A stretch of DNA of 64,000 nt from an uncultured Acidobacteriota bacterium (GCA_963700145.1 OY969474.1:1824001-1888000); one strand, 5' to 3'. Shown: positions 9,538 to 19,769, counted from the first letter of the stretch. Numbers and translations are program-made. The notes: generated by a model not told the origin, from the sequence alone.

Positions 9538-10548
9538 ATGCTGACGGCAGTGACGGCGGGCGCCGAGCTCGCCCCGGGGGCGCGCAACGCGATCCACACC
9601 TGCCTGCGCCTCCGGCCGGAGGAGCGGATCACCCTGATCACCGACCGCGAGTCGATCGAGATCGCGGCGGCGCTGGCGCAGGAGGTCGAGGCGGTGGGCG
9701 CCGCCTACACGCTGATCGTGCTCGAGGACCACGCGCCCCGCCCGCTCGCGGCGATGCCGGCGCCGGTCCTGACCGAGCTCGAGCGCTCGCAGGTCTCGGT
9801 CTACGCCGCCTCGGCGCTGCCCGGCGAGCTGCCGGCGCGCATCGCCATGACCGAGGTGATCAATCGCCGCGGCATCCGCCACGCCCACATGGTCAACATC
9901 GACCGGCAGATCATGCTGGAGGGGATGCGCGCCGATTACCTGGAGGTGGACGCGCTCTCGACCCGGCTCATCGTCAAGGCGCGGGGGGCGCGCGCGATCC
10001 GCGTCACCTCCCCCGGCGGCACCGACCTGACCGCCACCTTCTCGCCGCGCCTGCGCTGGATCAAGACCAGCGGCATCATCACCCCCGACAAGTGGGGCAA
10101 CCTCCCGGGGGGCGAGATCTTCACCTGCCCGGCGGGGGCCGAGGGGCGGTTCGTGGTGGACGGCGTCGTCGGCGACTACCTGTGCCGCAAGTACGGCGAC
10201 CTGCGGGCGACGCCGCTGGCGATCGAGGTCCGCGGCACGCGCATCGCCTCACTCGCCTGCGACGACCCCGAGCTCCTCGCCGAGTTCCGCGCCTACACCT
10301 CGACCGACCGGAACAGCGACCGCGTCGGCGAGTTCGCCATCGGCACCAACGTCGCGGTGCGCGACGTCATCGGCAACATCCTCCAGGACGAGAAGATCCC
10401 CAGCGTCCACATCGCCTTCGGCCACCCCTACGCCGAGCACACCGGCGCCGACTGGCTCTCCACCACCCACATCGACTGCGTGGCGCGCGAGTGCAGCATC
10501 GCGATCGACGGCGAGCCGGTGATGGAGCGGGGCCGGTTCCTGATCTGA
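9538..10548 (+). CDS. M29-family aminopeptidase
   Basis: GNLPGGEIFTCP, GEFAIGTN, ILQDEK, HIAFG and HID motifs. Strong GAGGAGG RBS. Confidence 0.85.
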   Translation: MLTAVTAGAELAPGARNAIHTCLRLRPEERITLITDRESIEIAAALAQEVEAVGAAYTLIVLEDHAPRPLAAMPAPVLTELERSQVSVYAASALPGELPARIAMTEVINRRGIRHAHMVNIDRQIMLEGMRADYLEVDALSTRLIVKARGARAIRVTSPGGTDLTATFSPRLRWIKTSGIITPDKWGNLPGGEIFTCPAGAEGRFVVDGVVGDYLCRKYGDLRATPLAIEVRGTRIASLACDDPELLAEFRAYTSTDRNSDRVGEFAIGTNVAVRDVIGNILQDEKIPSVHIAFGHPYAEHTGADWLSTTHIDCVARECSIAIDGEPVMERGRFLI

Positions 10549-10565
10549 CCGCGGGCCGTTAGCCC

Positions 10566-11768
10566 ATGGACCCGGCGCTCCGCCGCGCCTTCAACGCCGC
10601 CTTCAGCGAGGAGAAGTACCGGGCCGTCGTGCGCCAGCTCGACGACGAGCTCGGCTTCCCCGTCCCGTTCCGGATCAGCGAGACGCCGATCTTCCTCACC
10701 CCCGAGCTGACGGCGGAGCTGGCGGCCGCCGCCGAGGAGATCGTCGCCGCCGTCACCGCGCCGGAGTACCTGGCCGCGGCCGAGCGCGCCGTGCCCCCGG
10801 AGCTGGCGGTCCCCGGCGCGGAGGGGCGGCCGCCCTTCGTGCAGGTGGACTTCGCGCTGGCCGAAGGCGAAGGCGGGCGGATCGAGCCGCGGCTCATCGA
10901 GCTCCAGGCCTTCCCCTCGCTCTACGCCTTCCAGTGGCTTCTCGACCGCATCTACCGCGAGCACTACGACATCGCGCCCGGGCTCGCCAGCTACTTCGAC
11001 GGCCTCGACCACGACGGCTACGCGGCGCGCCTGCGCGAGACGATCGTCGCCGACTGCGACCCCGAAGAGGTCGTGCTCCTCGAGATCGAGCCCGAGCGGC
11101 AGAAGACGCGGCCGGACTTCGCGGCCACCGAGCGTCTCCTCGGCGTGCGCAGCGTCGACGTGCGCGAGGTCGCCGAGCGCGGCGGCCGCCTCTCCTACCG
11201 GCGCGACGGCCGTGAGGTGCCGATCCGCCGCCTCTACAACCGGGTGATCTTCGACGAGCTGGTGCGCCGCGGCCTGCCGCGGGAGCCGCTCTTCACCGAG
11301 CCGCTGGACGTCGTCTGGGTGGGGCATCCCAACTGGTACTTCCGCATCAGCAAGTTCTCGCTCCCCTTCCTGCGCAGCCGCTACGCGCCGCGGGCGCACT
11401 TCGTCTCCGACCTCGCGGCGGCGCCGGACGACCTCGGCGACTACGTGCTGAAGCCGCTCTACTCCTTCGCCGGGCTGGGGGTGGAGCTGGACGTCACCCC
11501 CGAGCGCCTGGCCGCGCTGCCCCGCCCCGAGGAGTGGATCCTGCAGCGGAAGGTCGTCTACGCGCCGGCGATCGAGACCCCCGACGGCCCGGCCAAGGCG
11601 GAGGTGCGCATGATGTTCCTCGGCACGGATCGCCTGCGCCTGGTCAACAGCCTCGTGCGCATGAGCAAGGGCGCGATGATGGGCGTCGACTTCAACAAGG
11701 CCAAGACCTGGGTCGGCGCCAGCGTCGCCTACCACCCCGAGATCCCCGGCCCTAACCGTCAGCGGTAG
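10566..11768 (+). CDS. Circularly permuted ATP-grasp / glutathionylspermidine-synthase-like protein
   Basis: VDF...PRLIELQ, IRRLYNRVIFDE, GHPNWYFRISKFSL, YVLKPLYSFAGLGV and WILQRKV give a CP-ATP-grasp-like pattern. Confidence 0.65.
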   Translation: MDPALRRAFNAAFSEEKYRAVVRQLDDELGFPVPFRISETPIFLTPELTAELAAAAEEIVAAVTAPEYLAAAERAVPPELAVPGAEGRPPFVQVDFALAEGEGGRIEPRLIELQAFPSLYAFQWLLDRIYREHYDIAPGLASYFDGLDHDGYAARLRETIVADCDPEEVVLLEIEPERQKTRPDFAATERLLGVRSVDVREVAERGGRLSYRRDGREVPIRRLYNRVIFDELVRRGLPREPLFTEPLDVVWVGHPNWYFRISKFSLPFLRSRYAPRAHFVSDLAAAPDDLGDYVLKPLYSFAGLGVELDVTPERLAALPRPEEWILQRKVVYAPAIETPDGPAKAEVRMMFLGTDRLRLVNSLVRMSKGAMMGVDFNKAKTWVGASVAYHPEIPGPNRQR

Positions 11769-12607
11769 AAGAACCGTAGCGCCTGCGGCAGGCGGCGGCG
11801 CCAGCTCGTCTCGCTGTGCGTTCCGCGGCTGTCGCAGCGCCAGAGCAGGCGGTCCGGACCGTAGCCGCGGCCCGCGAGCTGGTCGGCGAGGACGGCGGCG
11901 AGCGGCCGCAAAGTGCCGCGCCCCTCGCGGGCGCCGCAGTCGAGATAGATGCGCGACACCGGCGGATTCGGGCGGGCGGCGATCTCGTCGAGAATCGCGC
12001 CTTCGGCCACCCAGAGCGCCGGCGACATGGCGAGCGCGCCGCCGAAGGCCTCGGGGTGGCGGAAGTGCGCGTAGAGCGCGGCGAGGCCGCCCATCGAGGA
12101 GCCGCCGACGATCGTGCCGGCCAGCGAGGGGTGGAGCGGGTAGGCCGCGGCGAGCGCCGGCAGCAGGGTCCCCACCGTCCAGTCGAGCAGCAGGTCGAGC
12201 CGCCCGGGCTCGCCGCGCACCGGGAAGGGCGAGAGCTCGCCGATCCGCGCCGTGCCGCCGTGGTCGATGCCGGCGATGATCGGCGCCGGGCGCCGCGCCT
12301 TCGCGAGCTTCTCGACGGCGGCGTGCAGGCGCCAACCGCCGGCATACGAGGGCGTGTCGTCGAAGAGGTTCTGGCCGTCGAACATCAAGAGGAGGTGGCG
12401 CGTTTCTTCCGGTGTGAAGTCCCGCGGCAGGTAGAGGCGGAGGCGCCGCGGCGCCAGCCCCGGCACCGGGTACGGCCCGAGCACGTGGACCTCGCCCGGG
12501 CGTAAGCTCGCCAGCGCACCTGGATCGAGCGCGGCGAGGGCCGGCGGCTCGAGGGTCGGGGCGACAGCGTCTCCGACGGTTTCGACGTCGTTCACGCCCG
12601 GAATCAT
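11759..12607 (-). CDS. Alpha/beta hydrolase, esterase family
   Basis: LMFDGQNLF, nucleophile elbow GGSSMGG, YLDCGAREG and HSETSWRRR. Confidence 0.85.
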   Translation of the reverse strand: MIPGVNDVETVGDAVAPTLEPPALAALDPGALASLRPGEVHVLGPYPVPGLAPRRLRLYLPRDFTPEETRHLLLMFDGQNLFDDTPSYAGGWRLHAAVEKLAKARRPAPIIAGIDHGGTARIGELSPFPVRGEPGRLDLLLDWTVGTLLPALAAAYPLHPSLAGTIVGGSSMGGLAALYAHFRHPEAFGGALAMSPALWVAEGAILDEIAARPNPPVSRIYLDCGAREGRGTLRPLAAVLADQLAGRGYGPDRLLWRCDSRGTHSETSWRRRLPQALRFFYR

Positions 12608-12632
12608 AGCGGCCGCCCGTGCGGCGCAGCGG

Positions 12633-13529
12633 TCAGGCGGCGGCCGCGCGCGTGCCCGCCGCGTCCAGGAACTCGACCACTTCGGCCACGACACGCGCGT
12701 CGCGCAGCAGCCGCCGGTGCCCGAGGCCTTCGACGCGGACGAAGCGCGAGCCCGGCCACGCCGCGGCGACCCGGCGGCCGTGCTCGAAGGGGACGTCGAG
12801 GTCGCCGGCGTCGTGGACGACCAGCACCGGCAGGTCGAGGTCGCGCGCCACGCGCGGCACGCTCCACTCCTCCCAGGTGCCGCCGATCTCGGCGCGGATG
12901 AGCTCCACCACCCGCGCCGCCCGCGCGCCGCGGAAGCCCAAGGAGTGGGCCACGATCCAGGCGAACTCCAGCGGCTCGGCGCCCGGCGCCAGCAGCGCCA
13001 CGGCGTCGGCGGCGAGCCCCTGGCGCAGGGCGTAGACGGTGGCGGCACCGCCCAGCGAGTGGGCGACGATCCCGGCCGGCGGTCCGGTCAGCTCGGCGAC
13101 GGCGCGGATCGCGGCGGCGAAGTCGAGGGCGGTGGCGCGGCGGCCGGTCGAGGCGCCGTGCGCCGGCATGTCGAAGGCGACGGCGCGGAAGCCGGCGGCG
13201 ACGAGCCCCGGCACGAAGCCGGCGAGCTGCGCCGCCTGCCCTTCCCAGCCGTGGACGAGCAGCACCGGCCGCCCTTCGCCCCAGCTCCAGCCGGCCAGTT
13301 GCTGGCCGGCGGCGGCGAGGCTCCACGAGCGGCGGGCGAGGCCCGGCACCTCGGGCGCTGCGGGTCGGCCCAGCCGGCGCGGGGTGAAGAACTGGCGCGC
13401 GGCCCAGCGCTCGGCGGCGGCCGGCGCAACCGCCGAGGCGGCGCGCAGACCGGCGCGCACGACGCGGAGCGCGAGCGGCGCGGGACGAACGGTCGTGCTT
13501 TTCTTGGACGTACCGGCGGCGGCGGACAT
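12633..13529 (-). CDS. Alpha/beta fold hydrolase
   Basis: LLVHGWEG, DMPAHG, AHSLGG, HDAGD and GLGH catalytic motifs. Preceded by a GAGGAGAG RBS. Confidence 0.88.
   Translation of the reverse strand: MSAAAGTSKKSTTVRPAPLALRVVRAGLRAASAVAPAAAERWAARQFFTPRRLGRPAAPEVPGLARRSWSLAAAGQQLAGWSWGEGRPVLLVHGWEGQAAQLAGFVPGLVAAGFRAVAFDMPAHGASTGRRATALDFAAAIRAVAELTGPPAGIVAHSLGGAATVYALRQGLAADAVALLAPGAEPLEFAWIVAHSLGFRGARAARVVELIRAEIGGTWEEWSVPRVARDLDLPVLVVHDAGDLDVPFEHGRRVAAAWPGSRFVRVEGLGHRRLLRDARVVAEVVEFLDAAGTRAAAA
13485..13500. promoter_or_regulatory. Second copy of the putative TetR operator, inside the hydrolase 5' coding sequence
   Basis: ACGAACGGTCGT at 13485-13496 is the exact reverse complement of 14145-14156. 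Confidence 0.55.
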
Positions 13530-13545
13530 GGCTCTCTCCTCTCTC

Positions 13546-14133
13546 TCAGGGTCGGACGGAAGCGACGAGGCGGTCGTAGGCGGCGCGGGCGCGCCGCGGC
13601 GCCTGCGGGTCCTGGAGCAGACGCTTGGCGTTGTGGTAGCCGAGGATGATGCCGTAGAGCTCGAAAGCGAACTGGCGGGGATCGAGGTCGGAGCGGAAGT
13701 GCCCCTCCTCCACCGCCAGCCGCGCCGCCTTGGCGAGGGTGTCGAACCAGTCGCGCTTCGCCCCCACCAGGAACTCGCGCTGCGGGCCAGGGCGGTCGTC
13801 AAACTCGACCTCGGCGGCGATCAGGACGCAGCCCCCCGGCATCCCGCCGGCGTCCCAGTCGAGCCAGCGCTCGAAGAAGGCGCGGATGCGGGGCTCGCCG
13901 CGCGGCGCCGCGAGGCCGGGGCGCACGACGACGTCCTTGAACCGCTCGACCGCCGCCTGCAGCACCTGGAGCTGCAGCTCCTCTTTCGAGCCGAAGTGGG
14001 CGAAGAGGCCGCTCTTCGAGAGGCCCAGCTCGGTCGCCAGGCCGCCGATCGAGAGGCCGTCCAGGCCGTCGCGGCTCGCCAGGCGCACCGCCTGGTCGAC
14101 GATGCGCTCCTTGGTCTCGGCGCCCCTACCCAT
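13546..14133 (-). CDS. TetR/AcrR family transcriptional regulator
   Basis: HTH region SIGGLATELGLSKSGLFAHFGSKEELQL and C-terminal PGGC motif. Confidence 0.93.
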   Translation of the reverse strand: MGRGAETKERIVDQAVRLASRDGLDGLSIGGLATELGLSKSGLFAHFGSKEELQLQVLQAAVERFKDVVVRPGLAAPRGEPRIRAFFERWLDWDAGGMPGGCVLIAAEVEFDDRPGPQREFLVGAKRDWFDTLAKAARLAVEEGHFRSDLDPRQFAFELYGIILGYHNAKRLLQDPQAPRRARAAYDRLVASVRP

Positions 14134-14139
14134 GCGGAA

Positions 14140-14169
14140 ATAGTACGACCGTTCGTTTTTCGCTGTCAA
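14140..14169 (-). promoter_or_regulatory. Sigma70-like promoter of tetR (probably leaderless) with an operator in the spacer
   Basis: Minus strand reads TTGACA-N18-TACTAT-N6-ATG. The pseudo-palindrome ACGAACGGTCGT lies between the boxes. Confidence 0.65.
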
Positions 14170-14966
14170 GCCGGCAGCGCGGCGACCCGCTCCAGGAGCT
14201 CCCGCACCTCGCCCGGATCGTGGAGGGAGTAGGCCGCGGCGGTCGGGCGCGGGTGGTCGGCGACCAGGATGCCGACGCCGGTCTCCGCCACGGCGCGGAA
14301 AGCGTCCTCGTCGGTGAGGTCATCGCCGACGTAGAGCGGCACGCCGCGCCCGCCTTCGAGGCCCCAGGCGGTGAGGAGCCAGCGCAGCGCCTCCCCCTTG
14401 TCCCAGGCGACCGCCGGCCGTAGCTCCCAGACCTTCTTGCCCGCCGCCTTGCGCAGCACCGGGTGCGCGTCAGCCGCGCGGTCGACCGCGGCCTCGATCG
14501 CCGCCAGGTCTTCCGGCCGCGCCAGCCGCCAGTGGACGGCCACGCTGAAGCGCTTCGGCTCGACCAGCACGCCCGGGAACCCGCGGAGCGCGCGCTCCAG
14601 CTCCGCCGCCGCGGCGCCGATCTCCGCCGGCGTCCCCTCCCCCACCTCGTGCCGCAGCTCCCGTCCCGGCCCGCCGCCCGCGATGTCGAAGCCGTGGCTG
14701 CCGGCGTAGACGATCTCCGGCAGCCGGACGAGCGCCGCCACGTCCTCTCGCCCGCGCCCGGAGAGCACCGCCAACGGAAAGCGCCGCGCCAAGCGCGCGA
14801 GGAGGTCGCGCACCCCGCCGTCGAGCACCGCCAGCTCGGGGCGGGCGACGATCGGCGTCAGCGTGCCGTCGTAGTCGAGGAAGAGGACCGGCCGACCGGC
14901 GCGCAGCCGCCGCTCGATCTCCGGCCACCGCTCGAGGGCCGAGGGGGGCAGCGCCGCGGCGCCCAC
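14166..14966 (-). CDS. otsB: Trehalose-6-phosphate phosphatase
   Basis: LFLDYDGTLTPI, LSGR, YAGSHG, WDKG and YVGDDLTDEDAF HAD motifs. Adjacent to otsA. Confidence 0.95.
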   Translation of the reverse strand: MGAAALPPSALERWPEIERRLRAGRPVLFLDYDGTLTPIVARPELAVLDGGVRDLLARLARRFPLAVLSGRGREDVAALVRLPEIVYAGSHGFDIAGGGPGRELRHEVGEGTPAEIGAAAAELERALRGFPGVLVEPKRFSVAVHWRLARPEDLAAIEAAVDRAADAHPVLRKAAGKKVWELRPAVAWDKGEALRWLLTAWGLEGGRGVPLYVGDDLTDEDAFRAVAETGVGILVADHPRPTAAAYSLHDPGEVRELLERVAALPA

Positions 14967-14967
14967 C

Positions 14968-16470
14968 TCAGAGCTCGATCCAGGCGTCTTCGAGGTCGAG
15001 TTGCGGGAAGTACTCCTTGGGGGTGCGGAAGTCGTCCGGCGCCTCGCCGAGCGCCGTCTTCAAGTAGACGTCCACCCACCAGAAGATGTCCTGCTGGCGC
15101 AGGATCTCCTGCATCGCGCGCATCCGCCGCAGCCGCTCCTCGGCCGGCAGGTAGAGCGCGTAGTGCAGGGCGTCGGCCATCCCTTCGATGTCGTGCGGGT
15201 TGACCAGCAGGGCCCCGACCTGGAGCTGCGCCGCCGCGCCGGCGAACTCCGAGAGCACCAGCGCGCCGTGGCCGTCCACCTGGCAGGCGCAGAACTCCTT
15301 GGCCACCAGGTTCATGCCGTCCTTGAGCGAGGTGACGAAGCCGACCCGCGCCATGCGGTAGAGCGCCACCAGGTCGCGGCGCGGCAGGTGGCGGTAGTAG
15401 TAGTGCACCGGCACCCAGCCGGCGGTCGAGAACTCGCCGTTGATCTCGCCCACCAAGCGCTCGACCTTCGCCTTCAGCGCCTGGTACTCGGCCACCCCCT
15501 CGCGGCTCGGCACCACGAACTGCATCAGCCGCGCCTTCTCGCGCAGGTCGGGGTAGCGCTCGAGGGCGTTGCGGAAGGCGAGGAGCCTCTCGGGGAGCCC
15601 CTTGGTGTAGTCGAGTCGGTCCACCCCGACGACCAGGTCGTACGGGCCGATCCGCCGCCGCAGGTCCTCCATCCGCCGCTCGACCTCGTCGGAGAGCGCG
15701 GCCTCCTCGAAGGAGGCGTAGTCGATGCCGATGGGGAAGGCGCCGACGCGCACCGTTCGCTCCCCCACCTTCACCTTGTCGGCGGCGCCGCCGTGGACGG
15801 TGCGCACCTCGGGCAGCAGGTGCTTCAAGCAGGTCATGAAGTTCCGCTTGTCGCGCGGCGTCTGGAAGCCGAGGAGGTCGTAGGCGAGCATGGCCGCGAG
15901 GACCTGGCCGCGCCAGGGGAGCTTCAGGAAGATGTCGAGCGGGGGGAAGGGGATGTGGAGGAAGAAGCCGATGCGCCGCGCCGCGGCCTGCGGGCGAAGG
16001 AACTCGGCGACGTGGATCAATTGGTAGTCCTGCACCCAGATGAAGTCGTCGGGCAGCCCGTGCTCGACCACCGCGTCGGCGAACTTGCGGTTGACCTCGA
16101 GGTAGGCGTACCAGTAGGCCGGGTCGAAATCGCAGGAGCCGGTCAAGTCGTGGAAGAGGGGCCAGATCACGGCGTTGGAGAAGCCCTCGTAGAAGAGCTT
16201 GACCTCGCGCTCAGAGAGCAGGATCGGTTCGAGCTCGTAACCGCGCTCGCGGAAGCCCTCGGCCATGAGCTGCTCCCACTCGCCGCCCTTCTCCAGCGCC
16301 ATCCCCGGCCAGCCGATCCAGACGCCGCCGCGGTGGGAGAGCACCGGCGCCAGGGCGTTGATCAGGCCGCCCGAGCCCGGCTTGAGCGACCAGCCGGTCT
16401 CGGTCTTTTCGAGCACCACGGGAAGGCGGTTGGAGACGACGAGGAGACGGCGAGAGAGGGGAGGGCTCAA
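14968..16470 (-). CDS. otsA: Trehalose-6-phosphate synthase
   Basis: [47 protein letters not shown] and LSEFAGAA. Confidence 0.96.
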   Translation of the reverse strand: MSPPLSRRLLVVSNRLPVVLEKTETGWSLKPGSGGLINALAPVLSHRGGVWIGWPGMALEKGGEWEQLMAEGFRERGYELEPILLSEREVKLFYEGFSNAVIWPLFHDLTGSCDFDPAYWYAYLEVNRKFADAVVEHGLPDDFIWVQDYQLIHVAEFLRPQAAARRIGFFLHIPFPPLDIFLKLPWRGQVLAAMLAYDLLGFQTPRDKRNFMTCLKHLLPEVRTVHGGAADKVKVGERTVRVGAFPIGIDYASFEEAALSDEVERRMEDLRRRIGPYDLVVGVDRLDYTKGLPERLLAFRNALERYPDLREKARLMQFVVPSREGVAEYQALKAKVERLVGEINGEFSTAGWVPVHYYYRHLPRRDLVALYRMARVGFVTSLKDGMNLVAKEFCACQVDGHGALVLSEFAGAAAQLQVGALLVNPHDIEGMADALHYALYLPAEERLRRMRAMQEILRQQDIFWWVDVYLKTALGEAPDDFRTPKEYFPQLDLEDAWIEL

Positions 16471-16525
16471 GCGAACGGCATTGTAGCCCTCGCGCCGAGC
16501 CGCGGGGTGCTACGATCGGGCGCAA

Positions 16526-18835
16526 ATGGGACGTAATCTAGCCGCCGCAGCGCTCCCGGACACCGCCGCCGCGCCCGGCACGCTCGGTTGGCTCGTCGAC
16601 GAGCTCCGCCACGACCCGCGGCTGGGACCCCAGCTCGTCCACGCGGCGCACCTGCCCGGCTCGGCGGCCCGCTTCGCGCCGCTCGCGCCGCCGCTGCCGC
16701 CGCGGCTCGCGCAGGCCCTCGCCGGCGCCGGCGTGCCGGGGCTCTGGACGCACCAGGCGGAGGCCCTCGCCGCCGTCCGCCGCGGCGAGGACGTCCTCGT
16801 CACCACCCCCACCGCCTCCGGCAAGTCGCTCGTCTTCCAGGTGCCGCCGCTCGAAGAGGCGCTCGCCGGCGGTCCCGGCCGCGCTCTCTTCCTCTTCCCG
16901 CTGAAGGCGCTCGGCCAGGACCAGCGCGGCAAGTTCCTGCGCCTCGCCGCCGCCTGCGGCCTCGACGAGGAGGCGGCGGGCTGCGCCATCTACGACGGCG
17001 ACACGCCGCGCGGCGAGCGCAACGCGATCAAGCGGCGCTTCCCGCGCGTCGTCGTCACCAACCCCGACATGCTGCACTTGGGCATTCTTGGCGCCTGGAC
17101 CGGCTGGGGGCCCTTCTTCGCCGACCTGCGCTGGATCGTCCTCGACGAGCTACATACCTACCGCGGCATCTTCGGCAGCCACTTCCACCACGTGCTGCGG
17201 CGCCTCCTCCGCCTCTGCCACGCGGTCGGCGGCGATCCGGTGCTCGTCGCCTCCTCGGCCACCGCCGCCAACGCCGGCGACTTCGCCGCCGAGCTGGCCG
17301 GCCGCCCCTTCCACTGGATCGCGGAGTCCGGGGCGCCGCGCGAGGGGCGCCACCTCCTCCTCTTCCGCCCGGCGGCGAGCCCCTACACGCTGGTCCTCGA
17401 GCTCTTCGCGCGCCTGCTCGCGGCGGGGCTCAAGACCATCGTCTTCACCAAGGCGCGGCGGATCACCGAGCTGCTCTACTCCTGGCTGCGCGCGCAGTCG
17501 CCGGAGCTCGCCGCGCGCGTCGCCAACTACCGCGCCGGCTTCCTGCCGGAAGAGCGGCGGCGGATCGAGGGCGACCTCTTCGCGGGGCGGATCGACGGCG
17601 TCATCTCGACCTCGGCCCTGGAGATGGGGATCGACGTCGGCGGTCTCGACGCCTGCATCCTGGTCGGCTATCCGGGCAGCGTCATGGCGCTCTGGCAGCG
17701 CTCCGGGCGGGTGGGGCGGGCGGACCGCGAATCGCTGACCGCGCTCGTCGCTCTCCCCGACGCCCTCGACCAGTTCTTCCTCGATCATCCCGACGCGCTC
17801 CTGGGCCGCCCGTGCGAAAGGCTGATCGTCGATCCCGGCAACGACCTCGTGGCGCGCTCGCACCTCGTCTGCGCCGCCTCCGAGCTGCCGCTCGATCCCG
17901 CCGGCGCTCCCGACGACCGCGCCTGGCTGGCGCGCCACGCGCCGGTGGTGAGCGAGCTGGTCGGCCGCGGCGAGCTGCTGGAGCGCGGCGACGGCGGCGA
18001 GCTCTACGCCCTCCGCCGCCGGCCGCAGCGCGGAGTCGAGCTGCGCGGCGCCGGCATGCCCTACGACATCCTCGACGCGCGCGACGCGCGGCCGATCGGC
18101 ACGGTGAACGGCGTGCGCGTCCTCCACGAGTGCCACCCCGGGGCGGTCTACCTCCACGCCGGGCGGCAGTACCTGGTCGAGGAGCTGGACCCCGACGGCC
18201 GCCGCGTGGTCGCCGCGCCCGTCGAGCTCGACTGGTTCACCACGCCCCTGACCGAGAAGGAGACCGAGGTGCTGGAGATCCTCGCCGAGCGGCGCGACGG
18301 CCGGCTCGCCGCCCGCCTCGGGCGCCTGGAGGTCACCGAGCGCGTCGTCGGCTACGAGCGCAAGCGGGTGCACGGCCAGGAGGTGCTGGACCAACACCCA
18401 CTGGAGCTGCCGCCGATCGTCTTCGAGACGGTGGGTCTCTGGTGGGAGGCGCCGCGGCCGGTCGAGGAGGCGCTGCGGCGGGCCGGGGAGCACTGGGGCG
18501 GCTCGCTACACGCCGCGGAGCACGCGGCGATCTCGCTCCTGCCGCTTGTCGCCCTCTGCGACCGCGGCGACGTCGGCGGCATGTCCTTTCCCTACCACCC
18601 GCAGGTCGGCTGCGGCGCCGTCTTCCTCTACGACGGCCACCCGGGCGGCATCGGCATCGCGGCGCGCGCCTTCGCCGACCTGCCGGGGCTGCTCGGACGG
18701 GTGCTTTTGCTCCTCGACTCGTGTCCCTGCGACGCCGGGTGCCCTTCCTGCGTGCAGTCCCCGAAGTGCGGCAACGGCAACCGCCCGCTCGACAAAGGGG
18801 GCGCGGCGCACGTCCTGCGTCTCCTGCTCGGCTGA
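16526..18835 (+). CDS. DEAD/DEAH-box helicase with C-terminal DUF1998 Zn domain (MrfA/YprA/SftH-like)
   Basis: TPTASGKS, DELH, SAT, STSALEMGIDVG, QRSGRVGR, LYDGHPGGIG and CPCDAGCPSC. Confidence 0.9.
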   Translation: MGRNLAAAALPDTAAAPGTLGWLVDELRHDPRLGPQLVHAAHLPGSAARFAPLAPPLPPRLAQALAGAGVPGLWTHQAEALAAVRRGEDVLVTTPTASGKSLVFQVPPLEEALAGGPGRALFLFPLKALGQDQRGKFLRLAAACGLDEEAAGCAIYDGDTPRGERNAIKRRFPRVVVTNPDMLHLGILGAWTGWGPFFADLRWIVLDELHTYRGIFGSHFHHVLRRLLRLCHAVGGDPVLVASSATAANAGDFAAELAGRPFHWIAESGAPREGRHLLLFRPAASPYTLVLELFARLLAAGLKTIVFTKARRITELLYSWLRAQSPELAARVANYRAGFLPEERRRIEGDLFAGRIDGVISTSALEMGIDVGGLDACILVGYPGSVMALWQRSGRVGRADRESLTALVALPDALDQFFLDHPDALLGRPCERLIVDPGNDLVARSHLVCAASELPLDPAGAPDDRAWLARHAPVVSELVGRGELLERGDGGELYALRRRPQRGVELRGAGMPYDILDARDARPIGTVNGVRVLHECHPGAVYLHAGRQYLVEELDPDGRRVVAAPVELDWFTTPLTEKETEVLEILAERRDGRLAARLGRLEVTERVVGYERKRVHGQEVLDQHPLELPPIVFETVGLWWEAPRPVEEALRRAGEHWGGSLHAAEHAAISLLPLVALCDRGDVGGMSFPYHPQVGCGAVFLYDGHPGGIGIAARAFADLPGLLGRVLLLLDSCPCDAGCPSCVQSPKCGNGNRPLDKGGAAHVLRLLLG

Positions 18836-18887
18836 AGCGGCCTTTTCGGCACAGAAATTGAAGGGTTACTAGTCGGGGAGGTGTCCC

Positions 18888-19259
18888 ATGGCACTGACGA
18901 CCGGCAGTCATCAGGCGTACCGCATCCTCCACTTCGGCTTCACCGTCGCCCCGATCATCGCGGGGCTCGACAAGTTCACTCACATCCTGACCGACTGGAC
19001 GCAGTATCTGGCGCCGTTCATCCCGCAGACGCTGGGCATGTCTGCGGACACGTTCATGATGATCGTGGGCGTGATCGAGATCGTCGCCGGCCTGCTGGTC
19101 GCGGTGAAGCCGCGCTTCGGCGGCTACCTGGTGGCGGCCTGGCTCTTCGGGATCATCGTCAACCTGCTGATCCTGGGCAGCTACTTCGACGTCGCGCTGC
19201 GCGACCTCGGGTTGATGCTCGGGGCGCTGGCGCTGGCGCGGCTGGCGGAGGACGCGTGA
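18888..19259 (+). CDS. DoxX-like small membrane protein
   Basis: Several hydrophobic helices with AGLDKF, VGVIEIVAG and DVALRDLGL motifs. Confidence 0.75.
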   Translation: MALTTGSHQAYRILHFGFTVAPIIAGLDKFTHILTDWTQYLAPFIPQTLGMSADTFMMIVGVIEIVAGLLVAVKPRFGGYLVAAWLFGIIVNLLILGSYFDVALRDLGLMLGALALARLAEDA

Positions 19260-19747
19260 GGGCGACGCGCGACCCGTGGGGCGGGGTGACGGTCGCGCTG
19301 GCCGCGGCGGCGGTACTGGCGGTCGTCGGCTGCTCGGGGCTCGGGTTGGAGCAGGTCTTCGAGCAGCCGACGGTGCGGTTGACGGACCTCGAGGTGGAGC
19401 GCGTGAGCCTCGACGGGGCCGATCTGCGCTTCGATTTCGAGGTCGAGAACCCGAACCCGATCGGGCTGCCGCTGGGCGGCATCGATTACGAGCTGCGCAT
19501 CGACGGTGAGCGGTTGCTCGACGGCCTCGACCGCCGCGGCCTGGAGATCGCGGCGCGCGGCGAGACACCGGTGGACCTACCGCTGACGCTCCGCTTCGCC
19601 GACCTACGCCGCGTTTGGCAAAGCGTGCGCCAGCCGGGGCGGTCGCGCTACGAGCTGGACGCTGACTTTCTCTTCGATGTACCGGTGATTGGCGAGGTAA
19701 GGGTTCCGCTTCGGCGTAGCGGCGACTTGCCCGAGCTCATTCAATAG
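19256..19747 (+). CDS. LEA type 2 / WHy-domain lipoprotein
   Basis: GTG overlaps the upstream stop. Lipobox-like VVGC, and VENPNPIGLPLGGIDYEL (NPN motif). Confidence 0.8.
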   Translation: MRATRDPWGGVTVALAAAAVLAVVGCSGLGLEQVFEQPTVRLTDLEVERVSLDGADLRFDFEVENPNPIGLPLGGIDYELRIDGERLLDGLDRRGLEIAARGETPVDLPLTLRFADLRRVWQSVRQPGRSRYELDADFLFDVPVIGEVRVPLRRSGDLPELIQ

Positions 19748-19769
19748 AAGATCCCGCGCGGGGCGGATA

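Noticed and set aside
16526-18835. DISARM or Druantia defence system suggested by DUF1998
   Set aside because: It is a single fused helicase-DUF1998 gene among housekeeping genes, with no methyltransferase, SNF2 or PLD partners.
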